DNA from: Gemmatimonadota bacterium | GTDB lineage: Bacteria; Gemmatimonadota; Gemmatimonadetes; JACCXV01; JAHWKZ01 | Direction: 5' to 3' | DNA: 33,514 bases | Assembly (NCBI GenBank): GCA_039589035.1 | Contig: JBDHIC010000018.1 | Span: 1 to 33,514 of the forward strand | Part shown: piece after piece, positions 9,846 to 18,403 of the stretch | Numbering within the stretch: position 1 is the first letter of the stretch | How the letters are laid out: every line of letters begins with the position of its first letter | Notes under the pieces: model-generated | What the model saw: the letters and a program-made list of their open reading frames with translations, nothing else | Database searches by the model: none | What the model was told of the DNA's origin: nothing | Position numbers and translations under genes: made by a program

Positions 9846-10320
9846 AGTCCGATCAAAGACCGAGATTCCGCCAGTCGAGAGCCTGGTGACGGTTGCCTGG
9901 GACCCGGAGCGCGCGTTCCGGCGATTCACCGAAAAGATCGCCGAGTGGTGGCCACTGGAGACCCATTCAATGGGCCAGGAGAAGGCCGACACGGTGGTTT
10001 TCGAGACACGGGAGGGCGGCCGGGTGTACGAACGGTCGACCGATGGCACCGAGACAACGTGGGGGACAGTGCTGGCCTGGGACCCGCCCCACCGCTTCGT
10101 CATGAGCTGGCACCCCGGTCGCGAGCCATCGACGGCGCAGGAATTGGAGGTCGCGTTCCAGCCCTCCGAGGGGGGCACTCGGGTCGCGGTGACCCACACC
10201 GGGTGGGAGAAGCTCGGCCCGGAGGGAGCCACCATGCAGACCAACTACAGCGAGGGTTGGGTCTTCGTGCTCGATCGCTACCGCGGCAGTGCTGAAACCG
10301 GATCGGCAACCGGCTCGTAG
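9838..10320 (+). CDS. SRPBCC/AHSA1-like ligand-binding protein
   Basis: Motifs AFRRFTEKIAEWWP, GTVLAWDPPHRFVMSW, GTRVAVTHTGWE and EGW; overlaps the ArsR 3' end with a GAGG RBS. Confidence 0.88.
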   Translation: MNEVRSKTEIPPVESLVTVAWDPERAFRRFTEKIAEWWPLETHSMGQEKADTVVFETREGGRVYERSTDGTETTWGTVLAWDPPHRFVMSWHPGREPSTAQELEVAFQPSEGGTRVAVTHTGWEKLGPEGATMQTNYSEGWVFVLDRYRGSAETGSATGS

Positions 10321-10415
10321 GGATACCTGAAGCTGGTAGAAGAGAATAAATTGAATCTCTTCTGGCCCAGGTGCCTCTCTATCATACGTAGCGATTAGCC
10401 CTCAACAGATAGGCC

Positions 10416-13400
10416 ATGCGACTACCCGAGATCTGCATCCAGCGACCCGTTCTCGCGAGCATGATGAGCGCCACTTTGGTGCTCTTTGGCATCATTGGGT
10501 TCACCCGCCTCCCGGTGCGTGAGTTCCCCGACGTCGACTCGCCGATCGTAAATGTGACCACGGTCCTGCGTGGGGCCAACCCGCGGGTCATCGAGTCGAC
10601 GGTCACCGACGTGCTCGAAGAGGAGCTGAGCACGATTCCCGGTGTGCGGACCCTGACCAGCGCGAGCTCGGAGCAGTTCAGCTCGATCACGCTTGAATTC
10701 ACGCTCGACCGCGATCTCGAGGCCGCCGCTCAGGACGTCCGCGACAAGGTGTCGCGGGTGCGAGACCGGCTTCCGCAAGAGGTCGAGGAGCCCGTCGTGG
10801 AGAAGCAGGACGCCGATGCCCAGCCGTTCTATTGGCTCGCGCTGTCGGGTGAGAATTACGACCTGCTCCAGCTCTCGGATATCGGCGACCGTATCGTCAA
10901 GAATCGGTTGCAGTCGGTTCCCGGCGTGGGTCGGGCACAGGTATTCGGCGAGCGGCGCTACTCGATGCGGGTCTGGCTTTCGCCGACCGAGATGGCTTCG
11001 CGGGGCGTCACCGTTCAGGACGTCGAGGCTGCGATCCAGAGTCGCAACGTTGAGGTCCCGGCTGGTCGAATCGAGTCCGATCGCCGCGAGTTCACCGTCC
11101 GCTCACTCGGGGAGCTCAAGACACCCGAGGAGTTCGCGGGTCTGACGGTTGCCAGCCAGAACGGGCAGCTCATCAAGCTGCGCGACATCTCACGGGTCGA
11201 GCTGGGGCCGGAGGACGACCGTGCGATTCTGCGTTTCAAGAGCGTCTCGGCGGTCGCGATCGGGGTTGTCCGCCAGTCCAAGTCAAACCTGGTCGATGTC
11301 TCGGATCGAGTCCGAGACGAGTTGCCGGCGATTCAGGCGGCGCTACCGCCGGGGGTCCAGCTTGACACGGCGTTCGACACCGCGGTCTTCGTACGGCGCT
11401 CGATCCGCGAGGCCGAGGAGACGCTCATCCTGGCCGGGATACTGGTAGTCCTGATCATCTTTGTCTTCTTGCGGAACGTCCGGGCGACGATCATTCCGGG
11501 ATTGGCGATCCCGACCTCGATCATCGCCGCCTTTGCGGTGATGTTCTTCTTCGGGTTCACGATCAACAACTTCACGCTGTTGGCACTGATACTGTCGATC
11601 GGGATCGTCGTCGACGACGCCATCATCGTGATGGAGAATGCTTATCGGCATCAGGAGGAGCTCAAGGAACCGCCTGACTTGGCGGCGATCCGTGGTACCA
11701 ACGAGATCAAGTTCGCGGTGATCGCGACGACGGTTGCGCTCGTGGCGGTCTTCGCGCCACTGCTTTTCCTTCGCGGCACGATCGGTCGATTGTTCAACGA
11801 GTTTGGGGCGGCGATGATCGGCGCGGTCGTGGTGTCGAGCTTTGTGGCGCTCTCCCTGACACCGATGCTGAGCGCCAAGATCCTGCGCGTCCCCAAGAGC
11901 CACGGCAAGCTGTTCTACGTGTTCGAGCGCACCTTCGAGCACATCGCGGCCCTCTACGCGACAAGCTTGGCGTGGGCGATGCGGCATCGCCGCGGCGTCA
12001 TTGCGGTCGCACTGGCGACCGTGCTCGTGGCGGTAGGTGCTTTCAAGATGTTGAAGCGAGAGTTCGTCCCGCCCGAGGATCGCGGCTGGTTCATGTCGAT
12101 CGTGGTGGCGCCGGAGGGTTCGTCGAAGGAATACACCGACGGCTATCAACAGCAGGTCGAGCGGATTCTCGGCAACACCGAAGATATCGAGGCCTACTTC
12201 AGCCTCGTCGGTTGGAACGGTCGGGTTAATAGCGGGATCGTCTTTATCCGACTGGCCGATTGGGACGAGCGCGACCGCGATGTGCAGGAGATCATCGCAG
12301 AGATTCAGCCGCAGTTCTTTATGCTTCCCGGTGTGTTCGCGTTTGCCAACAACCCGCCCGCATTTGGGTGGCAGAGTCCAATTCAGTTCGTGGTTCGAAA
12401 CCCCGACTTTGAAGCCCTCTCGGCCGGTCTCGAGACGTTCACCAATTCGGCGCGACAGATTCCGGGTTTGGTCAACGTCGATACCAATCTGAGGGTCAAC
12501 AAGCCTGAGTTGGTGGTGCGCTACGATCGCGACCGAGCCGAGGACCTGGGGGTCCCGATCCGCGACGTGTCGAACACGCTGCAGACGATGTTGGGCGGAC
12601 GCGAGGTCAGTACCTTCACCCGAGACAACAAGCTGTACGATGTCATTATGCAGCTCGAGCCCGAGGATCGCGCCTCGCCGAGCGACATGCGCGGGCTCCG
12701 GGTCCGCGGCAAGGACAACCAGCTGATAAGCCTCGATGCCGTGGCCAACGTCGAGGAGGGAATCGGTCCGCGCCAGCTCAACCACTACGACCGCGTGCGC
12801 TCGTTTACGTTGACCGGTAACATGGCGCCCGGCTTCACGTTGGGTGAGGCGATCGATCAGCTCCGAGCGGTCGGCGACTCTGTGTTGCCAGCCGGTTCGA
12901 CAATCGCCTTGAGCGGAGAGTCGAGGGAGCTCGAGGAGAGCGGCCGGACGCTCTACTTCGTGTTCCTGCTCGCGCTCGTGATCGTGTTCATGGTGCTGGC
13001 CGCCCAGTTCGAATCGCTGGTGCACCCGTTCACCGTATTGCTGTCGGTCCCGCTGGCGGTGACCGGCGCGCTCGTGATGCTGCTCCTTGCGCAATCGACG
13101 CTCAATCTCTATAGCCAGATCGGCATGGTGCTGCTTATCGGCCTGGTTACCAAGAACTCGATTCTTCTCGTCGAATACGCAAACCGATTGATGGAGAGCG
13201 GTTTAGAACCGGTCAAGGCGATGCTCGAGTCGGGACGCATCCGGCTGCGGCCGATTCTGATGACGGCGGTGGCGACGATCATGGGGGCGATGCCGATCGC
13301 GCTTGGTATCGGCGCCGGGTCGGCCAGCCGCCGGCCGCTGGGCTACGCCATCGTCGGCGGACTGGTCTTCTCGACGGCGCTCACGCTCTACCTGGTGCCG

Positions 13401-13496
13401 GTCGTGTACACGTTGTTGGCTGAAGCACGCGGCCGCGTAGGTGTTCGCTCTGGGGCTTCGGAATCGGTTCAGCCGGTTCCCGTGGAGGCAAAGTGA
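10416..13496 (+). CDS. RND efflux permease (AcrB/AcrD/AcrF family)
   Basis: 1026 aa; motifs CIQRPV, proton-relay GIVVDDAII, SLTPML, AAQFES, TKNSILLVE and RLRPILMT. Confidence 0.96.
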   Translation: MRLPEICIQRPVLASMMSATLVLFGIIGFTRLPVREFPDVDSPIVNVTTVLRGANPRVIESTVTDVLEEELSTIPGVRTLTSASSEQFSSITLEFTLDRDLEAAAQDVRDKVSRVRDRLPQEVEEPVVEKQDADAQPFYWLALSGENYDLLQLSDIGDRIVKNRLQSVPGVGRAQVFGERRYSMRVWLSPTEMASRGVTVQDVEAAIQSRNVEVPAGRIESDRREFTVRSLGELKTPEEFAGLTVASQNGQLIKLRDISRVELGPEDDRAILRFKSVSAVAIGVVRQSKSNLVDVSDRVRDELPAIQAALPPGVQLDTAFDTAVFVRRSIREAEETLILAGILVVLIIFVFLRNVRATIIPGLAIPTSIIAAFAVMFFFGFTINNFTLLALILSIGIVVDDAIIVMENAYRHQEELKEPPDLAAIRGTNEIKFAVIATTVALVAVFAPLLFLRGTIGRLFNEFGAAMIGAVVVSSFVALSLTPMLSAKILRVPKSHGKLFYVFERTFEHIAALYATSLAWAMRHRRGVIAVALATVLVAVGAFKMLKREFVPPEDRGWFMSIVVAPEGSSKEYTDGYQQQVERILGNTEDIEAYFSLVGWNGRVNSGIVFIRLADWDERDRDVQEIIAEIQPQFFMLPGVFAFANNPPAFGWQSPIQFVVRNPDFEALSAGLETFTNSARQIPGLVNVDTNLRVNKPELVVRYDRDRAEDLGVPIRDVSNTLQTMLGGREVSTFTRDNKLYDVIMQLEPEDRASPSDMRGLRVRGKDNQLISLDAVANVEEGIGPRQLNHYDRVRSFTLTGNMAPGFTLGEAIDQLRAVGDSVLPAGSTIALSGESRELEESGRTLYFVFLLALVIVFMVLAAQFESLVHPFTVLLSVPLAVTGALVMLLLAQSTLNLYSQIGMVLLIGLVTKNSILLVEYANRLMESGLEPVKAMLESGRIRLRPILMTAVATIMGAMPIALGIGAGSASRRPLGYAIVGGLVFSTALTLYLVPVVYTLLAEARGRVGVRSGASESVQPVPVEAK

Positions 13497-14806
13497 ACCG
13501 ATTTGGCATCGCGTTGGCGCTGCTGCTCGCCGCGCCCACAATCGCGACCGCTCAGGAAGCAGCTGGTCAGGAGTTCCCCGAGGTGACGCTGACTGAGGCG
13601 TTGCGGCGAGCAGCTTCGCTCGACCCCAACTACGTGGCGGCGCTCAACGAGGTCGGTGACGCCAATTGGCGACGAGTCGCCGCGTACTCAGCGTTTATCA
13701 CGCCGGCGGTGAGTTTTCAGTCGACTTCGACAAAGTTCAGCTCGGACATATTCAATGTCGGGACAAATCGTTTGACCGATCGCATCGTGGACGCGAATCT
13801 GACTGCCAGCTACGAGCTCTTTCGCGGCGGCGGAAAGTTCTTCGATCTCTGGAGCGCGAGGGCAGGGCTACGGAGCGCTCGCGCCAACGAGCGCCAGGCC
13901 CGGTTCGAGAGCGCGCTTCAGACCGAGTCCGACTACTACGTGGTCGTCGCGGAGAGAGAGTTGACCCGCGTCGCTTCGGGCCGCGTACGCCGTGCTGAGG
14001 AGCAGCTCTCTGTTGCGCGGGCCCGTGTCGTATCGGGGGCAGCGGTCCAATCCGACTCGCTGCAGCTGTTTCTCGAGCTGACCCGCGCCCAAGTCGATCT
14101 TCTGCGACAGGAAGCGAGTCTGCGGGTGTCACGGTACCAGCTCGGTCGCCGTATCGGAGCCGATGGACCTGTCAGCGCGGCGCCCCTCGATACGCTACCG
14201 GCGCCAGCACTGCCGGTATCCGAGGCGGACGCCGTTGCCGAGGCGGTGCAGGGGAGCCCGCGCGTCGTTCAGGCGCGCGCCGATGCCGTCGCGGCGAGCT
14301 CGGCTCTCAAGTCGGTTTGGTCGCAGTATCTGCCGAGCTTCACCTTGTTTGCCCGGTATACCGGGTTCGACGAGTCGTTCTTTCCGGACGCGACCGAGCG
14401 AACGTTGTTCGGGTTTTCGCTCGATATCCCGATCTGGGACAATGCCCAGCGCGAGGTGCGGCTGTCGGAGGCACGCACGACGAAAGCGATTACCCGAGCA
14501 CTACGAGATGATACGGAGCAAGCTGTCGCTCGCGATGTCGTCGAAGCGTATCAGTTGTACGAGACCGCTCGCGCGGCAGCTCAGTTAGCGACGACCGCGG
14601 TGGTTGTAGCGCGTGAGAACCTGCGCGTGCAGCAAGAGCGATACCGAGCTGGGGCGACGACGATCATCGACCTGGTAACCGCCCAGGTCGACTTGGCCGA
14701 CGCCGAAGCGGGTGTGGTCCAGGCGCGGCAACAAACCCGACTCGCGCTGGCCGGTCTAGAGGCGATCCTCGGTCGGCGGCTGTTCCCGAACCGGGCGGCA
14801 CCATGA
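13493..14806 (+). CDS. TolC-family outer membrane efflux protein
   Basis: Signal peptide; two OEP repeats (YLPSFTL, LDIPIWD, ERYRAGATTIIDLVTAQ); GTGA overlap with the RND stop. Confidence 0.92.
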   Translation: MNRFGIALALLLAAPTIATAQEAAGQEFPEVTLTEALRRAASLDPNYVAALNEVGDANWRRVAAYSAFITPAVSFQSTSTKFSSDIFNVGTNRLTDRIVDANLTASYELFRGGGKFFDLWSARAGLRSARANERQARFESALQTESDYYVVVAERELTRVASGRVRRAEEQLSVARARVVSGAAVQSDSLQLFLELTRAQVDLLRQEASLRVSRYQLGRRIGADGPVSAAPLDTLPAPALPVSEADAVAEAVQGSPRVVQARADAVAASSALKSVWSQYLPSFTLFARYTGFDESFFPDATERTLFGFSLDIPIWDNAQREVRLSEARTTKAITRALRDDTEQAVARDVVEAYQLYETARAAAQLATTAVVVARENLRVQQERYRAGATTIIDLVTAQVDLADAEAGVVQARQQTRLALAGLEAILGRRLFPNRAAP

Positions 14807-15948
14807 GGACGGACAATCGATATGAGAGGGGACCCACGATGGGGCTCGATAGGATGACAATCATCGCGCTGACCGCTGCACTAATGGCGTGTGGCAGCGC
14901 AGAATCGAATGAGGGCGGTCCCGGAGGAGACGGTCCACCCCCGATGCCGGTCGAGGTCGCGATCGCGCAGCAGGACACGGTGATTGATGAGCTCCTCGCG
15001 ACGGGCCAGATCGAAGCCGTTCAGGCGATCGATCTCAAGCCCGACATCGAGGGGCGGCTGGTGAGCATACTGGCGCGAGAGGGCGCGATAGTCAGTCGCG
15101 GCACGCCGTTGTTCAAGATCGACGATGCCGAGCTGAGAGCGCTGGTAGCCCAACTCGAGGCCGAGCGTGACTTGGCCGACCAGGCGCTCGAGCGGACGCG
15201 CGATCTGCTCGAGCGCAACGCGTCGTCACAAGCCGATCTCGAGGAGGCCGAGGCGAACCAACGGAGCACACAGGCGCAGCTCGAACTGCAGCAGGTGAGG
15301 CTCGAGCGGACCGTCGTCCGCGCCCCGTTCGCCGGCATCGTAGGTGAGCGCTACGTCTCGATCGGTGATTACGTGACGACGTCGACGGCATTGACCACAT
15401 TGCAGACGATCGATCCGCAGCGAGCCGTGTTCCAGGTTCCCGAGCGTCATGCCAACCGTTTGGCCCTCGGACAGACGGTGCGGTTCCAAGTAGCGGCCGT
15501 TCCAGATCACGATTTCGTCGGCGAGGTTGACTTTGTCGACCCCCGGGTCGAGCTCCCGGGCCGCATGATCACCGTCAAGGCGAAGATCCCCAACCCTGAT
15601 CGGGAGCTCAAACCAGGGATGTTCATCGAGACGCGGCTAGCCACCGACGTGCGCCCGCAGGCGATCGTCGTCCCAGAAGACGCGATTCTGCCGTTACAGG
15701 GGGCGAACTACGTGTGGGTGGTCGAAGACGGGACGGCCTCGCGGCGCGAAGTCGAGCTAGGCGTCCGCGTGCCGGGCTTTGTGGAGGTCAGAGGTGGGGG
15801 CGTTGCGGCTGACACCCAGGTCGTCGTCGGGGGCCTCGAGCGACTGTCCGAGGGAGCGCCGGTAATGCCGATGCCCCCGGGCGGGATGGCTGCTGGGGGT
15901 GCACCCGGCGAGCAGGCGCCTGCAGGCCAGGAGCTGGCCGAGCCGTGA
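14803..15948 (+). CDS. RND periplasmic adaptor (membrane fusion protein), probable lipoprotein
   Basis: Lipobox LMAC; lipoyl halves EGRLVSI...GTPLFKID and VRAPFAGIVG; LKPGMF. ATGA overlap at 14803, with an alternative start at 14839 that has a GAGGGG RBS. Confidence 0.93.
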   Translation: MRTDNRYERGPTMGLDRMTIIALTAALMACGSAESNEGGPGGDGPPPMPVEVAIAQQDTVIDELLATGQIEAVQAIDLKPDIEGRLVSILAREGAIVSRGTPLFKIDDAELRALVAQLEAERDLADQALERTRDLLERNASSQADLEEAEANQRSTQAQLELQQVRLERTVVRAPFAGIVGERYVSIGDYVTTSTALTTLQTIDPQRAVFQVPERHANRLALGQTVRFQVAAVPDHDFVGEVDFVDPRVELPGRMITVKAKIPNPDRELKPGMFIETRLATDVRPQAIVVPEDAILPLQGANYVWVVEDGTASRREVELGVRVPGFVEVRGGGVAADTQVVVGGLERLSEGAPVMPMPPGGMAAGGAPGEQAPAGQELAEP

Positions 15949-15950
15949 TC

Positions 15951-15980
15951 TGAAACCCGCACCCCCGTTTCACCGTATAA
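15951..15980 (+). promoter_or_regulatory. Possible ECF-sigma promoter upstream of the LVIVD gene
   Basis: TGAAAC (15951-15956), 17-nt spacer, CGTATAA; resembles the AAC/CGT consensus of SigW/SigM-type promoters. Confidence 0.4.
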
Positions 15981-16042
15981 CTCCACTAATCGTCAAGCGT
16001 TTCTCCATCCGTATCTACCAACAGCAACCGCGAGGGAAGCCG

Positions 16043-18292
16043 ATGCGCACCGCTTTTTTGTTCATGTTTCTTATGCTGATTGCCGTATCCGTGGCGCCGG
16101 GTCTGCAGGCCCAAGGTGCGATCGAGGCGCCAGAGGGGTTCACGATGTATTCGATCCAGGGGCCCGGCATCAATGCACCGCCGCTCCCGTTCAAGATCGA
16201 CGGTGACAAGTTCATCGCGCCCGAAGGCGGGATGGTCACCGTTACTGATAGTCACCTCACCGAAGACCGAGTCGACTTCAAGCTGCAGGTCCCAGGCGCC
16301 GATGTGCATTACGTCGGAGTTCGCGATGGTGACGTGTTTGCCGGTTTTGGTTTTGTACTCGAGGGTGATCAACGTGACGTGGCACCGGTCAGCTTTATCC
16401 CGGTAGGTCAAACCGCCACGATCGAACCCGATCCGTCGATGTTCGCGTCTGCGCCCGGGATCTCACGCGTCCAGGTCGTGCCGGGCGAAGCGACACTGGA
16501 GCCCGGCCAGCCGCGTCGCTTTGTCGCTCGCGTCTACGACGACGCCGGCAACGAGGTCACCGATCCAGAGGTCGAGTGGTTCGCTGGTGGTTCGCGAACT
16601 CGGATCGATACCGAAGGCGAGGTCGTATCGCTGGAGGCCGGTACGAAGCAGATCGTGGCGCTGGTCGACGGGGCGATTGGCATGGCTGAGATCACGGTGC
16701 TGAATCCGAAGATTGACTCGCTGACGATCTTCAACGACGTCCCCGGCGAACTCGCGGTCGGCAGCCAAGTGCCGCTCGAGTTGGATGGGATGAACTCGGT
16801 CAATCGTTGGGTGCTCGACCCCGAGGTTGCTATCCGTTCGAGTGCCCCGGACGTTGTGGCAATCGACGGTCACACGCTGGTAGCGCGATCCGCGGGTCGG
16901 GCTACGGTCACGGTTCAAGCCGACGCGGCGACCGCCGAGTACACGATCAACGTCGTGCGCGGTTCGGGCGGGTCGCTGTCGATCGCTGGCGTGCCGACTG
17001 GCGCCGTACGCACCGGCGATGTCGTCCAGCTGTCGCTTAACGAGGAGCACGCTTACCCGGTGTGGTCGGTTTCGGAGCCCGGCGCCGAGGTGTATGCCGA
17101 TGGTTCGTTCGTTGCCGAGCGCCCGGGTCGCTACACGATCGTGGCGGTGTTGGGTGATCGCGTCACGACATCGTCGATCGAGGCCGAGTCGCGTGGTGTA
17201 GCCGGCAAGATCCACATGAACGGCCACGGCAAGAACATCGAGACGTATACCGCCGATTTGTGGCCCCAGAACTCATACGTATACGTGGGGACGCATCAGG
17301 CGAACCAGCTTCGCACGTACGACGTGTCCGATCCGTCGAACCCGGTGCTGACCGACCAGCAAGAGTTCGACGCCCGGGTGGTCAACGACGTCAAGGTTTC
17401 GGAGGATGGTCGCTGGTTGGTAGCGACGCGTGAGGGCGCGGCCAACCGGCGCAACGGGATCCTCGTCTTCTCACTCGAGAATCCGGCGCAACCGGAGTTG
17501 GTGAGCGAGTACACCGAGACCCTGACCTCCGGCGTCCATAACGTATTCTGGGTCGGCGAGCTGGTGTACGCCGTGAACGATGGCACCGGTGACATGCACA
17601 TCATCGACGTCTCTGACCCGGTGAATCCGAGCGAGGTCGGTCGCTGGGGCCTCCCGGTCGAAGGCCGCTCGCTGCACGACGTCTGGGTTCAGGGTGGTAT
17701 TGCGTACCTATCGTACCTGCGAGACGGCTTGGTGATCTTGGACGTTGGGGGTGGCGGCCAGGGTGGCACGCCGTCCGAGCCGGTCCAGCTAAGCCGGATC
17801 TTCTACCCCGGTGGCCCGACCCACTCGGCGATTCAGTACGGGGATTACGTGTTCGTGGGCGATGAGGACTTCAGCCTCCAGGGAACGGTACCGGCGGGCA
17901 GCGATCCGCGCGGACCGGTTCACGTGGTCGATATCAGCGATATCGCCAACCCCAAGTACGTGGCCCGCTACGAGGTGCCGGAGGCGGGCGCACACAACTT
18001 CTGGATCGATGATGGCGTGTTGTACATCGGGTACTACCAGGGTGGCATTCGCGCCGTTGACGTGAGCGGCACGTTGCGAGGCGATCTCTACGCTCAGGGC
18101 CGCGAGATCGCGTACTTCCTGCCCGCCGCCGGACCCGAGGATGCCAAGAAGCCATACGAGACTCGCGTCTGGGGTGTGTTCCCGATGTTCGGCGACGGCT
18201 GGTCGGTGGTCGGCGATATGCTGTACGCGACCGACTACAATTCCGGACTCTGGACGTTCACCGTCGAGCTACCGGAGAAGCCGATCTCGTAG
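16043..18292 (+). CDS. Secreted protein with Ig-like domains and a C-terminal LVIVD-repeat beta-propeller
   Basis: Signal peptide ending LQA-Q; Big_2-like segments (SSAPDVVAIDG...GRATVTV); repeats YDVSDPSNP, IIDVSDPVNP, LVILDV and VVDISDIANP; GAGGG RBS. Confidence 0.85.
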   Translation: MRTAFLFMFLMLIAVSVAPGLQAQGAIEAPEGFTMYSIQGPGINAPPLPFKIDGDKFIAPEGGMVTVTDSHLTEDRVDFKLQVPGADVHYVGVRDGDVFAGFGFVLEGDQRDVAPVSFIPVGQTATIEPDPSMFASAPGISRVQVVPGEATLEPGQPRRFVARVYDDAGNEVTDPEVEWFAGGSRTRIDTEGEVVSLEAGTKQIVALVDGAIGMAEITVLNPKIDSLTIFNDVPGELAVGSQVPLELDGMNSVNRWVLDPEVAIRSSAPDVVAIDGHTLVARSAGRATVTVQADAATAEYTINVVRGSGGSLSIAGVPTGAVRTGDVVQLSLNEEHAYPVWSVSEPGAEVYADGSFVAERPGRYTIVAVLGDRVTTSSIEAESRGVAGKIHMNGHGKNIETYTADLWPQNSYVYVGTHQANQLRTYDVSDPSNPVLTDQQEFDARVVNDVKVSEDGRWLVATREGAANRRNGILVFSLENPAQPELVSEYTETLTSGVHNVFWVGELVYAVNDGTGDMHIIDVSDPVNPSEVGRWGLPVEGRSLHDVWVQGGIAYLSYLRDGLVILDVGGGGQGGTPSEPVQLSRIFYPGGPTHSAIQYGDYVFVGDEDFSLQGTVPAGSDPRGPVHVVDISDIANPKYVARYEVPEAGAHNFWIDDGVLYIGYYQGGIRAVDVSGTLRGDLYAQGREIAYFLPAAGPEDAKKPYETRVWGVFPMFGDGWSVVGDMLYATDYNSGLWTFTVELPEKPIS

Positions 18293-18327
18293 TCGCTGTA
18301 TGACAGCGCCTTGACGGTGCGATCAAA

Positions 18328-18364
18328 CACGAGCCCCCGGGCCTGATTGGTTCGGGGGTTCGTG
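18328..18364. terminator. GC-rich hairpin, likely terminator after the LVIVD gene
   Basis: CACGAGCCCCCGGGCC-TGATT-GGTTCGGGGGTTCGTG forms a 16-bp stem with G-U pairs; the U-tail is weak. Confidence 0.6.
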
Positions 18365-18403
18365 CGTTGTCGCCACCAACGTTGCTTCTTAGAATCGAGC
18401 CCT

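Noticed and set aside
11343-13094. 583-aa minus-strand ORF
   Set aside because: Antisense shadow of the RND gene, typical of GC-rich codon bias, with no protein motifs.
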